Source: a bacterium (GTDB lineage Bacteria > Zhuqueibacterota > Zhuqueibacteria > Residuimicrobiales > Krinioviventaceae). From it: 64,000 bases of DNA. The stretch lies in contig CAXXMD010000003.1 in the NCBI GenBank assembly GCA_963675755.2, forward strand, positions 1,472,001 through 1,536,000. Reading direction: 5' to 3'. Of the stretch, positions 41,101 to 50,515 are shown piece by piece; within the stretch, counting starts at the first letter, position 1; every line of letters begins with the position of its first letter. The notes under the pieces were generated by a model. That model was given only the letters and a program-made list of their open reading frames with translations. It was not told where the DNA came from and did no database searches. Position numbers and translations under genes: made by a program.

Positions 41101-41496
41101 TCCATGGAACAGTTGGCCCAGGAAGCCGGCGGCATGAAAGAAGTCATGGGTGATCTAGACAATATAGCTAAAGATATGAAAGAAGTAGAAAAAGATTTCA
41201 ATAGTCAGAATATCAGCCGCGAAACCTTGCAGCGGCAGAACCGCATCTTGTCGCGTATGCTTGATGCACAACGCTCAATTCGTCAGCGTGAATACAGTCG
41301 CAAACGCAAAGCGGAAAGTGGTAAAAACTATATGGCTGACAGTCCACCAGAGCTGCCACAGGATATGGGCGAGCGTAAATCTCTGTTACAGCAAGAGTTG
41401 TTGAACGCAAAACAGCAGGGTTTTTCACAGGATTACCTGGAACTGATCAAACAGTATTTTGAAGCACTAACTGAACAGGAACAGGACAGCCAATGA
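38158..41496 (+). CDS. DUF4175-like membrane-anchored protein: 3 TM, Ig-like domains, long Gln/Met-rich coiled coil
   Basis: DDRLANALQL, TPPAYSG, PDQYP.V, AQDDYGF, EAWDND..GPK, RILSRMLDAQRS, C-terminal YLELIKQYFEAL. Confidence 0.75.
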   Translation: MNNHKSTYIQLQKKLELFRSAEKRFFLYKRLLKLLLVISPLSVLLTFIEMTMDLSVNVRLALILSFIGIVILGFIGILYKPVYLLLKKDQPTLNEIALKVGSHFKSVDDRLANALQLFQRYHNDDRYSISLINEAISSVEADVADQDFYPLVNKKPFFKIFKTTAIVLSVIVLLLILKLPAVGSAITQLLHPKQDMDTNRITFEVFPGNTRIVEDSAFDIKVWVSDSTLQTLDLKYTGQSPITLEKSPDDTFRYQIDKVYESFTYQFMSKEQVSPEFSVDVQERPLLRNISVTVTPPAYSGIEKYALEDNVGDVSALKGSRINIVGNPNKELDTVKVEFSDNALYMDKKNDKVYIEFPMIKSDIYRFYLTDMYGFSSINPINYTLQVIPDQYPVVRIIQPGKDIDLGEEMLIPLIIDAQDDYGFSKISIAYQVISAEMEPDSNRYVHQELVDLEYEQKMRVALNWDLSESDMLPTEVVVYYVEAWDNDTVTGPKRSVSKTYRARFPSMFEMYEEITSTQDEAIREMEDAYEKSQEFKEKIDELSREMQREKDLDWERQQETEQAIQQREEINQKLKELEKNLEEMVDKMEENDLVSSETLKKYQELQELYKDIMTPELENLMKQMSESLQNVDQNMLKKAMEEFKMTEDQMSKNLDRTINLLKRLKMEQQLDQAIKMANDIAERQQNLENKQTDDKNRLSKEQSNINKDKEAMTEALKELRKEMEEQPQMPLDQMDKALSDLESDSLDQAFNQMQEMINSGQMENFSQQSQKVQQKMESVAQQLQQAKDNMNGTMQRQAMMAMKRNIRQLLELSLDQEDLMMETDELPSNTSNIQGIADRQNNMSSGLSRVINSIFELSKETMSMNSQMQATLGNASMNMQDALVAMENRNNKLASRNQAEAMKSINSAILQMQQSMQNMMQNASGSGMSFEQFMQQMQKMAQGQQQLNQMTQQLGMGQQMSQAQQAQMARMAAEQERLRKSMEQLAQEAGGMKEVMGDLDNIAKDMKEVEKDFNSQNISRETLQRQNRILSRMLDAQRSIRQREYSRKRKAESGKNYMADSPPELPQDMGERKSLLQQELLNAKQQGFSQDYLELIKQYFEALTEQEQDSQ

Positions 41497-43310
41497 AAAG
41501 ATCATTAAAAGTATTATTTATTATATTATTGGCTGCTGTTTCTCTTTGGTCCCAAAATCAGCAAACCCCGCTCGATTTACAACAACGCCAGATCAAGCGT
41601 ATGGCATCCGAGTTTGAAAGAAACGGTCAAACAGAGCAGGCTGCCGATATTTATTATATGCTAAGCATGGAAAATCCTTTAGATATCTCAAGCTATGCAG
41701 GTGCCAAGCGTACAATGCTCAAGCTTCAGCAATTTGATCGATTTAAAAGTCTGGTACTAGAACTGCAAAAAGAACGGCGTGATTTGAGGTATCAGGTAGA
41801 TCTTGCGGAAGTAGAGTTTTTAACAGGAAATACTCGTGACGCCAAAAAAAGATGGGATGAGATTTTAGACAATAATGCGATGACACATTCCAGTTATGCT
41901 TTGGTTGGTCAGGCATTAACTGCTCATGGACTGGTAGATGATGCAGTTGATTGCTATTTAAAGGGAAGAAAAAAGCTCAAAGACGATAGATTGTTTATTT
42001 TTGAGCTATCATCTCTGTATGTACATCGTGCTGAATATGACAAAGCAACCAAAGAGTATATTGCATATATTGAAACCAATCCCAAACAGTTTCATTTTAT
42101 TGATACACGTTTTGCCAATATGGAAAAGAATGATGATAGCTATAAAGACATAGTAAATACATTGGAACATGCACTAAAAGAAAAACCCAAATTGGGTTTG
42201 GAACTGCATCAGATTTTGGGCAATGTATATTCAAGAAATACACAATATGAAAAGGCCCTGGAACAGTTTATTGCCATGGAAGATACGCTGCAAAACCGTA
42301 ATGACAGCCGTATTGGTTTATATCTGTATCAATTTGCCACGCTGACTGCCAAAGACAGTGTGTTAGATATTTCCCAAACTGCTTTTGAAACGCTATTAAA
42401 AGATTATCCCAAAAGTGAATACAGTCATCGTGCAAGACTGGGATTTGCGTTAATCCTTGAACAAAAAGGAATGTTTAGGGAGGCAATTCAATCTTATGAG
42501 GCGTTTGCAAAACAATTTCCAAAAGCGCCCGAAGCTCAAGATGCTCTTGAAAAAAGCGGAGATATTTACTTTAATCGATTGAACGATCATAACCAGGCCA
42601 GAAAGATTTATAAACAATTTGAGAAAAAATATCCACGGTCTCCCAGAATCGTTGATATTTACTTTAAACTGGCCGAGTGTGAAATACTAAGCAATGATCT
42701 AAACAGTGCTAAAGGTTTTTACAGGCATATTATACAAAAGCAAAAAAGTAAAAAAGATATATATTATAAAAAAGCGCTCTATGCTATGGCTAATGCTAAT
42801 TTTATGGGTGGATATCCAAAAGAGAGTGCTGAATTTCTTAAAGAGTATTTTGATAATAAAATCCGTGACAATCAACCCGATCTATATGAGAACGATGCGT
42901 TAGAATTGAATATGCTGTTGCAGGAAAACAGTATGGATTCCACCGGGTTGGTCATCTTTGGCAAAGCCAGTCTATTGTATCATCAAAACAAGCTTGATCA
43001 GAGCGATTCTCTTTTATCCGATTATATTAAAAATACACCGGATACGCCATTATTGGATGCTATTAACTGGTTCAGAGCTCAAATATATATTGAAAAGCAA
43101 ATGTATGATGATGCAATTGTCTTGTTACAACAAATGTATGAAAATGAAGACAATTTATACAGAGATAAAGCCTTGTATAATATGGCCGGTCTGTATCAAA
43201 CCAAACTGGACCAAAAAGAAAAAGCCAAAGAATTATATGAATCTTTGCTGGTAAATTTCCCATCAAGTATTTATATTGAAGATACGAGAAAAAAAGTAAG
43301 AAATTTATAA
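41493..43310 (+). CDS. secreted tetratricopeptide-repeat protein
   Basis: Signal peptide; repeated helical units with (Y/F)P.S motifs (DYPKSEY, QFPKAPE, KYPRSPR, NFPSSIY). Confidence 0.85.
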   Translation: MKRSLKVLFIILLAAVSLWSQNQQTPLDLQQRQIKRMASEFERNGQTEQAADIYYMLSMENPLDISSYAGAKRTMLKLQQFDRFKSLVLELQKERRDLRYQVDLAEVEFLTGNTRDAKKRWDEILDNNAMTHSSYALVGQALTAHGLVDDAVDCYLKGRKKLKDDRLFIFELSSLYVHRAEYDKATKEYIAYIETNPKQFHFIDTRFANMEKNDDSYKDIVNTLEHALKEKPKLGLELHQILGNVYSRNTQYEKALEQFIAMEDTLQNRNDSRIGLYLYQFATLTAKDSVLDISQTAFETLLKDYPKSEYSHRARLGFALILEQKGMFREAIQSYEAFAKQFPKAPEAQDALEKSGDIYFNRLNDHNQARKIYKQFEKKYPRSPRIVDIYFKLAECEILSNDLNSAKGFYRHIIQKQKSKKDIYYKKALYAMANANFMGGYPKESAEFLKEYFDNKIRDNQPDLYENDALELNMLLQENSMDSTGLVIFGKASLLYHQNKLDQSDSLLSDYIKNTPDTPLLDAINWFRAQIYIEKQMYDDAIVLLQQMYENEDNLYRDKALYNMAGLYQTKLDQKEKAKELYESLLVNFPSSIYIEDTRKKVRNL

Positions 43311-44569
43311 TGAAAAAATTACTGACTATATTTATTATATTATTTTCTGTTTCCGGTTTGTTTGCTCAAAAAGTTTTGATCAATATGGACCTTCAACAAA
43401 CAGATCATTTAAAAGCCTATGGTATTGCATTCTGGTCGCTGGAGCGTGGTGTCAATGTGGAATGGTTGCTTAACTACAGAGGCGGTTCGTTTTTAATTGA
43501 TCATTATCCCGCGCTTGAACGAGAGATGCTGGTTCGCGGTGTATCCTTTGAATTGCTTGATGGTTCAGCAGTATCCCAAATCCATGCGTTAATAGAACAG
43601 GAAAATATGGATATCGTTCTATTAGAAACGCCACCCAAAATTGCAATCTATGCTCCCAAAAGCAAGCAGGTGTGGGATGATGCAGTGTTGCTAGCATTAG
43701 AATATGCGGAAATTCCCTACGAGTTGTTGTGGGACAAGGAGGTATTGCAAGGAGAGCTAAATAAATTTGATTGGCTGCATTTACACCATGAAGATTTTAC
43801 CGGTCAGTATGGAAAGTTTTATGCCAGTTATCACAATACCGATTGGTACCAGGACCAGATGGAAAAGAACGAAGCCATTGCAAGAGAAATGGGTTACCCA
43901 AAAGTAACGGTATTGAAACGGGCAGTTGCAAATTCTATAAAGGAATACATTGCCGGGGGTGGATTTGTATTTGCCATGTGCTCTGCCACCGATACTTTTG
44001 ATATTGCTCTTGCATCGTACAATACTGATGTGGCGGCAGAAGTTTATGATGGTGATCCGGCTGACCCGGCGGCAAATGAAAAGCTGGACTACTCACAGTG
44101 CCTGGCGTTTGAAAATTTCAAAGTTATAGAAAATCCTCTGGTTTATGAATATGCAGATATTGATATTCCCCCCAGTAACGCACCGGTATTGAGAGGGGCA
44201 GAAGCTGATTATTTTACACTGTTCGAGTTTTCTGCCAAATATGATCCTGTACCAACCATGTTGACCCAAAATCATGTGTCTGCAATTAAGGGATTTATGG
44301 GACAAACAACAGGATTTAGAAAAACGCTGATTAAAAAGACCATTACAATAATGGGTGAAGCCGAAGGAACCGGACAGGTCAAGTATCTGCATGGTAACCT
44401 GGGCAAGGGGACCTTTACATTTTATGGCGGGCATGATCCCGAAGATTATCAGCATTTTGTTTATGATCCGCACACACAATTGTCATTACATAAAAATTCA
44501 CCGGGATACCGGTTAATATTGAACAATATATTGTTTCCAGCGGCTAAGAAAAAGAAACTCAAAACCTGA
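43310..44569 (+). CDS. conserved secreted protein with class I glutamine amidotransferase-like fold (family often labelled 'asparagine synthetase B' in FCB genomes)
   Basis: Signal peptide; HLKAYG, WLLNYRGGSF, DWLHLHHEDFTGQYGKF, GGFVFAMCSA, GGHDPEDY. No AsnB N-terminal Cys or SGGLDS motif. Confidence 0.65.
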   Translation: MKKLLTIFIILFSVSGLFAQKVLINMDLQQTDHLKAYGIAFWSLERGVNVEWLLNYRGGSFLIDHYPALEREMLVRGVSFELLDGSAVSQIHALIEQENMDIVLLETPPKIAIYAPKSKQVWDDAVLLALEYAEIPYELLWDKEVLQGELNKFDWLHLHHEDFTGQYGKFYASYHNTDWYQDQMEKNEAIAREMGYPKVTVLKRAVANSIKEYIAGGGFVFAMCSATDTFDIALASYNTDVAAEVYDGDPADPAANEKLDYSQCLAFENFKVIENPLVYEYADIDIPPSNAPVLRGAEADYFTLFEFSAKYDPVPTMLTQNHVSAIKGFMGQTTGFRKTLIKKTITIMGEAEGTGQVKYLHGNLGKGTFTFYGGHDPEDYQHFVYDPHTQLSLHKNSPGYRLILNNILFPAAKKKKLKT

Positions 44570-44985
44570 TGGAGAGTTTAGTGTCTACAATTAAAACCTT
44601 TACCGTACAAACCAGTACAACCGTTCAATTTATAAACATTGATCGTCAGATAGAGCAAATTATAGCCGAGAGTGGCATAGATAGTGGTATTTGCGTTGTG
44701 TTTGTTCCTCACACCACAGCAGGTGTTACCATTAATGAAAACGCAGATCCGGATGTTGTTCGAGATATGACCATGGAGATGAACAAGATCGTTCCTTTTA
44801 ATGATGGTTACCACCACATGGAAGGAAATTCAGCAGCACATATAAAATCATCTTTATTTAGTCCATCACTTACAGTGATTATAGAAAATGGCAGAATGGT
44901 TATGGGTACCTGGCAATCTATCTATTTTTGTGAATTTGATGGGGCGCGTACCCGTAAGGTTATTGTAAAGTTGATAAAAGGTTAA
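44569..44985 (+). CDS. yjbQ: YjbQ/UPF0047 family protein
   Basis: PHTTAG.TINENADPDV, H.EGNS.AHIKS, GTWQSIYFCEFDG. Confidence 0.92.
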   Translation: MESLVSTIKTFTVQTSTTVQFINIDRQIEQIIAESGIDSGICVVFVPHTTAGVTINENADPDVVRDMTMEMNKIVPFNDGYHHMEGNSAAHIKSSLFSPSLTVIIENGRMVMGTWQSIYFCEFDGARTRKVIVKLIKG

Positions 44986-44989
44986 TTGT

Positions 44990-45748
44990 TTGCCTTTATT
45001 TCAGGAAAAAATAACCGTACCGCCATACAGCCAACTGGCGTATTTGTATGATTTTGTAATGAATCATGTTAATTACAAACGCTGGGCCAGGTATATATCA
45101 CAAATAGCACATCATCATGGCAATGGGACACGTACCATTACAGATATTTCGTGCGGTACCGGAAGTTTAAGCAGAGAATTGCTAAAACTGGGTTATCATG
45201 TAACCGGGTTTGATTATACGCCCGAAATGGTTAGTGTAGCCAGGCGAAAACTAAAAAAGCAGCCCAATGTTCAATTATGGTGCGGTGATATGATGTATCC
45301 CAATTTTACTCACAAACCGGATATGATCGTATCTTTATATGACAGTATGAACTATTTGATGAAATCAAAACAATGGAATTTGTGTTTGGAAAATGTACAT
45401 TCTGCTTTAAAGCCAGATGGATTGTTTGTTTTTGATGTCAGTACATTACAGAATTCCCTGGAAATGTTTACAGGATTCACCCAAAAAGAAAAGAACGCAC
45501 AGGGCAGCTATGTTAGAAAGAGCCGGTTTGATAAAAAGGAACATATTCAAATTAACTATTTTGAAATACGGTTTCATAAAAACAAAACTATCTATTGTGA
45601 AACCCACCGGCAAAAAATCAGATCACTTGAAAATGTGCTGTCAATCATTGACCAATCTCCATTTACCTTGTCTGGTTATTACCATGATTTTACTTTTAAT
45701 CCCGGTTCAGAAACATCTGAACGAATCCATTTTGTATTGAGAAAATAA
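44990..45748 (+). CDS. class I SAM-dependent methyltransferase
   Basis: LAYLYD..M, DISCGTG, YDSMNYL, LKPDGLFVFD. Confidence 0.88.
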   Translation: MPLFQEKITVPPYSQLAYLYDFVMNHVNYKRWARYISQIAHHHGNGTRTITDISCGTGSLSRELLKLGYHVTGFDYTPEMVSVARRKLKKQPNVQLWCGDMMYPNFTHKPDMIVSLYDSMNYLMKSKQWNLCLENVHSALKPDGLFVFDVSTLQNSLEMFTGFTQKEKNAQGSYVRKSRFDKKEHIQINYFEIRFHKNKTIYCETHRQKIRSLENVLSIIDQSPFTLSGYYHDFTFNPGSETSERIHFVLRK

Positions 45749-45750
45749 GT

Positions 45751-46404
45751 ATGGTTGAACTGCAAAATGTAAAAATTAAATACCCCACAGGTGATGGAAT
45801 AGAACATATCTCCTTCAAAGTGGCGCCCGGCGAAATGGTGTTTTTGGTGGGGCCTAGTGGAGCGGGTAAATCTACAGTTTTAAAATGTGTTTATATGGAA
45901 GAGTTGCCACAGGAAGGTCATGTAACTGTTGGCGAATATAACAGCCTGTTTATCCGTAAAAAAGATATCCCATATGTTAGAAGACGATTGGGTGTGGTCT
46001 TTCAGGATTTTAAATTGCTCAATGATCGTGATGTTTTTAGAAATGTATCATTTGCGCTTGAAGTGATTGGTGTCAGGAATAAAGAGATCAAGAAACGAGT
46101 CTTACGCGCATTGGCTGATGTGGGGCTTTCTCACAAGTCCAGAAAATACCCGGACGAACTATCAGGAGGAGAGCAGCAGCGCGTTGCCATAGCAAGGGCT
46201 ATTGTGAATGAACCCTATTTATTGCTGGCAGATGAACCTACCGGAAATCTTGATCCCGATACTGCCGCAGGTATTATGGATATTTTTAAACGCATTCATG
46301 CAAGAGGCACATCAATACTGATAGCTACGCATAATACAGACCTGGTATCCCGCTATAAAGCAAGAGTAGTGAAAATCAAAAAAGGGGGGATACTCGAGGT
46401 ATGA
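45751..46404 (+). CDS. ftsE: cell division ATP-binding protein
   Basis: GPSGAGKST, GVVFQDFKLL, LSGGEQQRV, ADEPTGNLD; precedes ftsX. Confidence 0.93.
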   Translation: MVELQNVKIKYPTGDGIEHISFKVAPGEMVFLVGPSGAGKSTVLKCVYMEELPQEGHVTVGEYNSLFIRKKDIPYVRRRLGVVFQDFKLLNDRDVFRNVSFALEVIGVRNKEIKKRVLRALADVGLSHKSRKYPDELSGGEQQRVAIARAIVNEPYLLLADEPTGNLDPDTAAGIMDIFKRIHARGTSILIATHNTDLVSRYKARVVKIKKGGILEV

Positions 46405-47249
46405 GTTTGAAATACAGTATAAGAGAAGCCTTTTCAGGATTCAAGCGTGCGCGTTTGTCTTTTTTTATCTCAGTCTTTACCATTTCATTTTTACTGTTTA
46501 TTATTAGCATTTTTTTTACGCTTGCGATGAATGTTAATCAATTGATTGATGTATTGAATGCCAAGATAGACATTCAAGTGTTTCTCTCTACAATTTTAGA
46601 CGATACAGAAATTGCCCAGGTGGGAAGTACAATCAATAGTCTTGATCAGGTTGCAAACCTTGAATTTGTTTCTCCGGATCAGGCCGCCAAAATGTTTCAA
46701 CAAGAGTTTGGAGAAGAACTTTTTTCTATACTTGATGATAATCCCTTACCCGCATCTTTTAATATCATGCTCAAAGAAGAATATCGTACAATTGAAAATA
46801 TTGAGCAGCTTGCCAATACCATTATGAAAATTGATGGAGTAGACGAAGTGGAATATCACAGTGAAGCACTGGGTTTGCTTTTGAAATTTTCCCGCATTGC
46901 TACAGTTATTTCAGCTTTGCTGTTAATTGTAGTTGTTATTGGATCCTTATTTGTGGTTTCCAATACGATCCGCCTTATTGTTATTTCTCGCAAAGATATC
47001 ATCAATACAATGAGACTGGTGGGTGCAACAAGACACTTTATCAGTTTGCCTTACCTGTTGGAAGGAATCATTCAGGGCTTGCTTGGTGGTTTAATCGCGT
47101 TTTTGTTTTCTTTGGGATTATTTGCTTTTGTACAATCACAATGGCCGGGATTATTAACAACTCCCGAATATTTGTTTTATGGATTGTTGTTAGCCGGTGT
47201 TTTGTTTGGATATATAGGAAGTTTGGTTGCAATAAAACGTTATTTGTGA
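46401..47249 (+). CDS. ftsX: cell division permease
   Basis: NPLPASF, SNTIRL, MRLVGAT..FI..PYLLEG. Confidence 0.92.
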   Translation: MSLKYSIREAFSGFKRARLSFFISVFTISFLLFIISIFFTLAMNVNQLIDVLNAKIDIQVFLSTILDDTEIAQVGSTINSLDQVANLEFVSPDQAAKMFQQEFGEELFSILDDNPLPASFNIMLKEEYRTIENIEQLANTIMKIDGVDEVEYHSEALGLLLKFSRIATVISALLLIVVVIGSLFVVSNTIRLIVISRKDIINTMRLVGATRHFISLPYLLEGIIQGLLGGLIAFLFSLGLFAFVQSQWPGLLTTPEYLFYGLLLAGVLFGYIGSLVAIKRYL

Positions 47250-47294
47250 TTGTTCCTTATAAAGTTGCATAAAGTAAACATGAGGAAATATTAC

Positions 47295-47323
47295 TTGACT
47301 TGGCAGTCAAAAATCGTTATTTT
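47295..47323 (+). promoter_or_regulatory. hrcA promoter with a palindrome over the -35 box
   Basis: TTGACT-N17-TATTTT; TTGACT-TGGC-AGTCAA inverted repeat. Confidence 0.5.
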
Positions 47324-47364
47324 TATGCTAATCTTTTTTTTAAGAAGAATGTATATAAATCAAG

Positions 47365-48393
47365 ATGCATATAGATGAATTAACAGAACGAGAGCGAGAA
47401 GTATTTTTATCCATAGTACATGGTTTTATCCAAACCGCTGAACCTGTGGGTTCTCGTTATTTGTCAAAGAATTATAACCTGAATATCAGCCCGGCAACTA
47501 TACGTAACGTAATGATGGATCTTGAAGAAAAGGGCCTGATAACACAACCGCACACATCGGCAGGAAGAGTTCCTACAAATGTAGGGTATCGTCAATATGT
47601 AAACAGTATGATGAGCGTTCAGACGCTTAGTGAAGAAGAAAAGCACTCTATTGTTAGAGAGATGGAAGGTTTTTCTCAGGATGTCAGCTCTATAGTACAA
47701 CATGCGACCGATGTGTTGAGCAGAATATCCAGTCAGCTCGGAGTGGTTTTAACTCCCCGGTTCAATAGAGGACAGCTTGAAAAGCTTGAATTGATTCAGA
47801 TATCAGAAAACAAGCTATTGCTGCTCTTGAATGTAAAATCGGGTCTTGTTAAAACCGTGATCTTTGAAATCAATCAGCGGTTACCACAAAGTTTGCTGGA
47901 AGCAACTACTCAGTTGTTAAACGAACGTCTTCATGGTTTATCGTTAGAGGAGCTGCAAAATACAATTACAGACCGTTTTCGGGATCTGGATCAGGAACAG
48001 CGAATGTTGATCCAGACCATTCAGATGAATGCGAATTTTGCAATTCAGACGGATACCAAATTTCATTTTGCAGGAGCCAAAAACGTTATAGAACAACCCG
48101 AGTTTGAGAACCGGGAAAAAATTGGTAAAATACTGGAATTGCTGGATAGAAGAGACATTCTGATCAAAATACTGGATGAGCAGGAAGCAGAAGGTGTTTC
48201 TATTGTTATTGGTGATGAAAACCAGGAAGATTTGATGAAAAACTGTAGTATGATCACTACCAGTTATTCCTTTGAAAATGCCAAAGGTACATTGGGTATT
48301 ATTGGTCCTACCCGCATGCAGTATTCTAAAATTGTATCACTGGTTGAATTTATGGCTGAAACCCTGAGCTATCTGGTTTCACAAAAAAAATAA
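47365..48393 (+). CDS. hrcA: heat-inducible transcription repressor
   Basis: EPVGSR, SPATIRN.M, QPHTSAGRVPT, GIIGPTRM.Y. Confidence 0.96.
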   Translation: MHIDELTEREREVFLSIVHGFIQTAEPVGSRYLSKNYNLNISPATIRNVMMDLEEKGLITQPHTSAGRVPTNVGYRQYVNSMMSVQTLSEEEKHSIVREMEGFSQDVSSIVQHATDVLSRISSQLGVVLTPRFNRGQLEKLELIQISENKLLLLLNVKSGLVKTVIFEINQRLPQSLLEATTQLLNERLHGLSLEELQNTITDRFRDLDQEQRMLIQTIQMNANFAIQTDTKFHFAGAKNVIEQPEFENREKIGKILELLDRRDILIKILDEQEAEGVSIVIGDENQEDLMKNCSMITTSYSFENAKGTLGIIGPTRMQYSKIVSLVEFMAETLSYLVSQKK

Positions 48394-48404
48394 AAAAGGT
48401 AGAT

Positions 48405-48923
48405 GTGAGTAAAGAACATACAGAAAAGACTGCTGCGAAAAAAGAACAGAGTAAGACCAAACGTAGAAATTATAAAAAAGAACTCGAAGCCGCTATACAG
48501 CAGATTGAAGAATTGAAATCACAATTCATGCGACAGGCGGCTGATTTTGATAATTATCGGAAACGTACAGAAAAAGAGAGACTGGAATTAACCGAACGGG
48601 CAAATATGCGGTTGATTTCTCAGGTATTACCGGTACTGGATGATTTTGGACGTTCAATTGAAACCAATACTGAAAAAGGAGACAAGGAATCTCTTTTAGA
48701 AGGTATTAATCTGATTTATCGAAATTTGTTTGCAATTTTAAATAAAGATGGATTAACGCACATGGAGTGCGTAGGTAAACCTTTTGATCCTGAATTTCAT
48801 GATGCTTTGATGCAGGTAGATGTTGAAGGTTATGAACCGGATACGGTTATTGAAGAACATATCAAAGGTTATTTATATCGCGATCAGGTTATCCGTCATG
48901 CCAAAGTGATAGTGAGTAAATAG
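48405..48923 (+). CDS. grpE: nucleotide exchange factor GrpE
   Basis: [27 protein letters not shown]...VIRHAKVIV. Confidence 0.95.
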   Translation: MSKEHTEKTAAKKEQSKTKRRNYKKELEAAIQQIEELKSQFMRQAADFDNYRKRTEKERLELTERANMRLISQVLPVLDDFGRSIETNTEKGDKESLLEGINLIYRNLFAILNKDGLTHMECVGKPFDPEFHDALMQVDVEGYEPDTVIEEHIKGYLYRDQVIRHAKVIVSK

Positions 48924-48943
48924 AAAGAGTTGTTAATATACAT

Positions 48944-50083
48944 ATGTCAGATAGAGATTATTATGAAATATTGAATGTCAACAGAGATGCAGATCAAAAT
49001 GAGATAAAAAAAGCATATCGTTCGTTGGCAATGCAATACCATCCCGATAAAAATCCGGGAAACACGGAAGCGGAAGAGAAATTCAAGGAATTGAGTGAAG
49101 CCTATGCGGTTTTATCAGATCCACAGAAACGACGTCAATATGACCAATTCGGTAAAGCCGGAATGCGTGGTAGCAGTTCAGGTGGATATGGTGGATATGA
49201 AGGCGGCTATGTAGATCCCTTTGATATTTTCCGTGAAGTTTTTGGTGGTGGATTTGGAGATATTTTTGGAATGGGTGGCGGCTCTGCCGGTCGTCGTCGT
49301 TCTGCTGCCAAAAAAGGTGCAGATTTACAGATTCGTTTAAAACTCACACTGGAAGAAATAGCCACTGGTGTTGAAAAAACGATCAAAATAAAAAAACAAG
49401 TTCGTTGTAATACATGTGATGGCTCTGGTGCAAGTCCGGGTACTTCTTTTGTGACTTGTCCGGTTTGTCATGGTCGTGGCGAAGTAGCATATCGTCAGGG
49501 CTTTTTTACGGTTACCCAAACATGCCAGAACTGTGGCGGAGAAGGTAAAACCATAGATAAGCCTTGTACGGATTGTAAAGGCGAAGGGCGCGTTCGTGGA
49601 GAAGATACCCTTCAGGTAAATATTCCGGCAGGCGTTGCCGAAGGACAATATCTGACGCTTCGTGGATCTGGTAATGTTGGTCCCAAAGGCGGCCCAACAG
49701 GTGATGTTCTGGTAATCATTGAAGAAGAAAAGCACGAAGCATTTGAACGGCATGGTGATGATGTTGTTTATAATTTACACATTGGCTTTACTCAGGTTGC
49801 GCTTGGTGACGAAATTGAAGTACCCACATTGTCGGGAAAAGCAAAAATTCACATTGCCCCCGGCACTCAAAGTGGCAAGATACTGCGAATGAAAGGTAAA
49901 GGTTTACCGCATCTTAATTCGCATGGCGCCGGCGATCAGTTGATCAGGGTAATGGTTTATACACCTACAAAACTCTCTGCCAGAGAAAAAGATTTATTAA
50001 AAGAATTGGCAGAACAGGAAAACATGTTTCCTAAAAAAGGAGATAAAAGCTTCTTTGAAAGGATGAAAGAAGCTATATTATAA
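48944..50083 (+). CDS. dnaJ: chaperone DnaJ
   Basis: J domain with HPD, G/F-rich region, four CxxCxGxG repeats. Confidence 0.97.
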   Translation: MSDRDYYEILNVNRDADQNEIKKAYRSLAMQYHPDKNPGNTEAEEKFKELSEAYAVLSDPQKRRQYDQFGKAGMRGSSSGGYGGYEGGYVDPFDIFREVFGGGFGDIFGMGGGSAGRRRSAAKKGADLQIRLKLTLEEIATGVEKTIKIKKQVRCNTCDGSGASPGTSFVTCPVCHGRGEVAYRQGFFTVTQTCQNCGGEGKTIDKPCTDCKGEGRVRGEDTLQVNIPAGVAEGQYLTLRGSGNVGPKGGPTGDVLVIIEEEKHEAFERHGDDVVYNLHIGFTQVALGDEIEVPTLSGKAKIHIAPGTQSGKILRMKGKGLPHLNSHGAGDQLIRVMVYTPTKLSAREKDLLKELAEQENMFPKKGDKSFFERMKEAIL

Positions 50084-50086
50084 TAT

Positions 50087-50488
50087 ATGTTCTCTTTTAC
50101 GCGCAATGAACAAAAATTTTTACTATTGTTTTTGTTGGCCATTATTACCGGAATTGCAGTAAATGAGTATAAAAATTGGCAAAATGGAAACAATTCATCT
50201 TTTGTTCAAAAAGAATGGATTAAAAGTTTTGAGCAGCAAAGTTTGCTCTATGAAAAAACAAAGGAAACAAATAAACAAAAAGACAGTGTTGTTGGAAAAA
50301 TAAATATCAATACCGCAACCTCTGAACAATTACAGACCTTACCCAGAATTGGTCCAACATTGGCTGTCAATATAGTGGAATATAGAAAACAACATGGTCC
50401 ATTTCAACACATTGAAGATATAAAAAGTGTAAATAGAATTGGAATAAAAACATTCAACAAAATTAAAACCAGCATAACAATAGATTAA
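50087..50488 (+). CDS. comEA: ComEA-family helix-hairpin-helix DNA-binding protein
   Basis: N-terminal TM; ININTAT.EQL.TLPRIGP.LA.NIVEYR..HGPF. Confidence 0.88.
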   Translation: MFSFTRNEQKFLLLFLLAIITGIAVNEYKNWQNGNNSSFVQKEWIKSFEQQSLLYEKTKETNKQKDSVVGKININTATSEQLQTLPRIGPTLAVNIVEYRKQHGPFQHIEDIKSVNRIGIKTFNKIKTSITID

Positions 50489-50515
50489 GTTATGCTGATA
50501 ACTTTAGGAGGAAAG

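Noticed and set aside
47300-47331. Canonical CIRCE element
   Set aside because: Left arm only; the TGCTAA right-arm remnant is at the wrong spacing.
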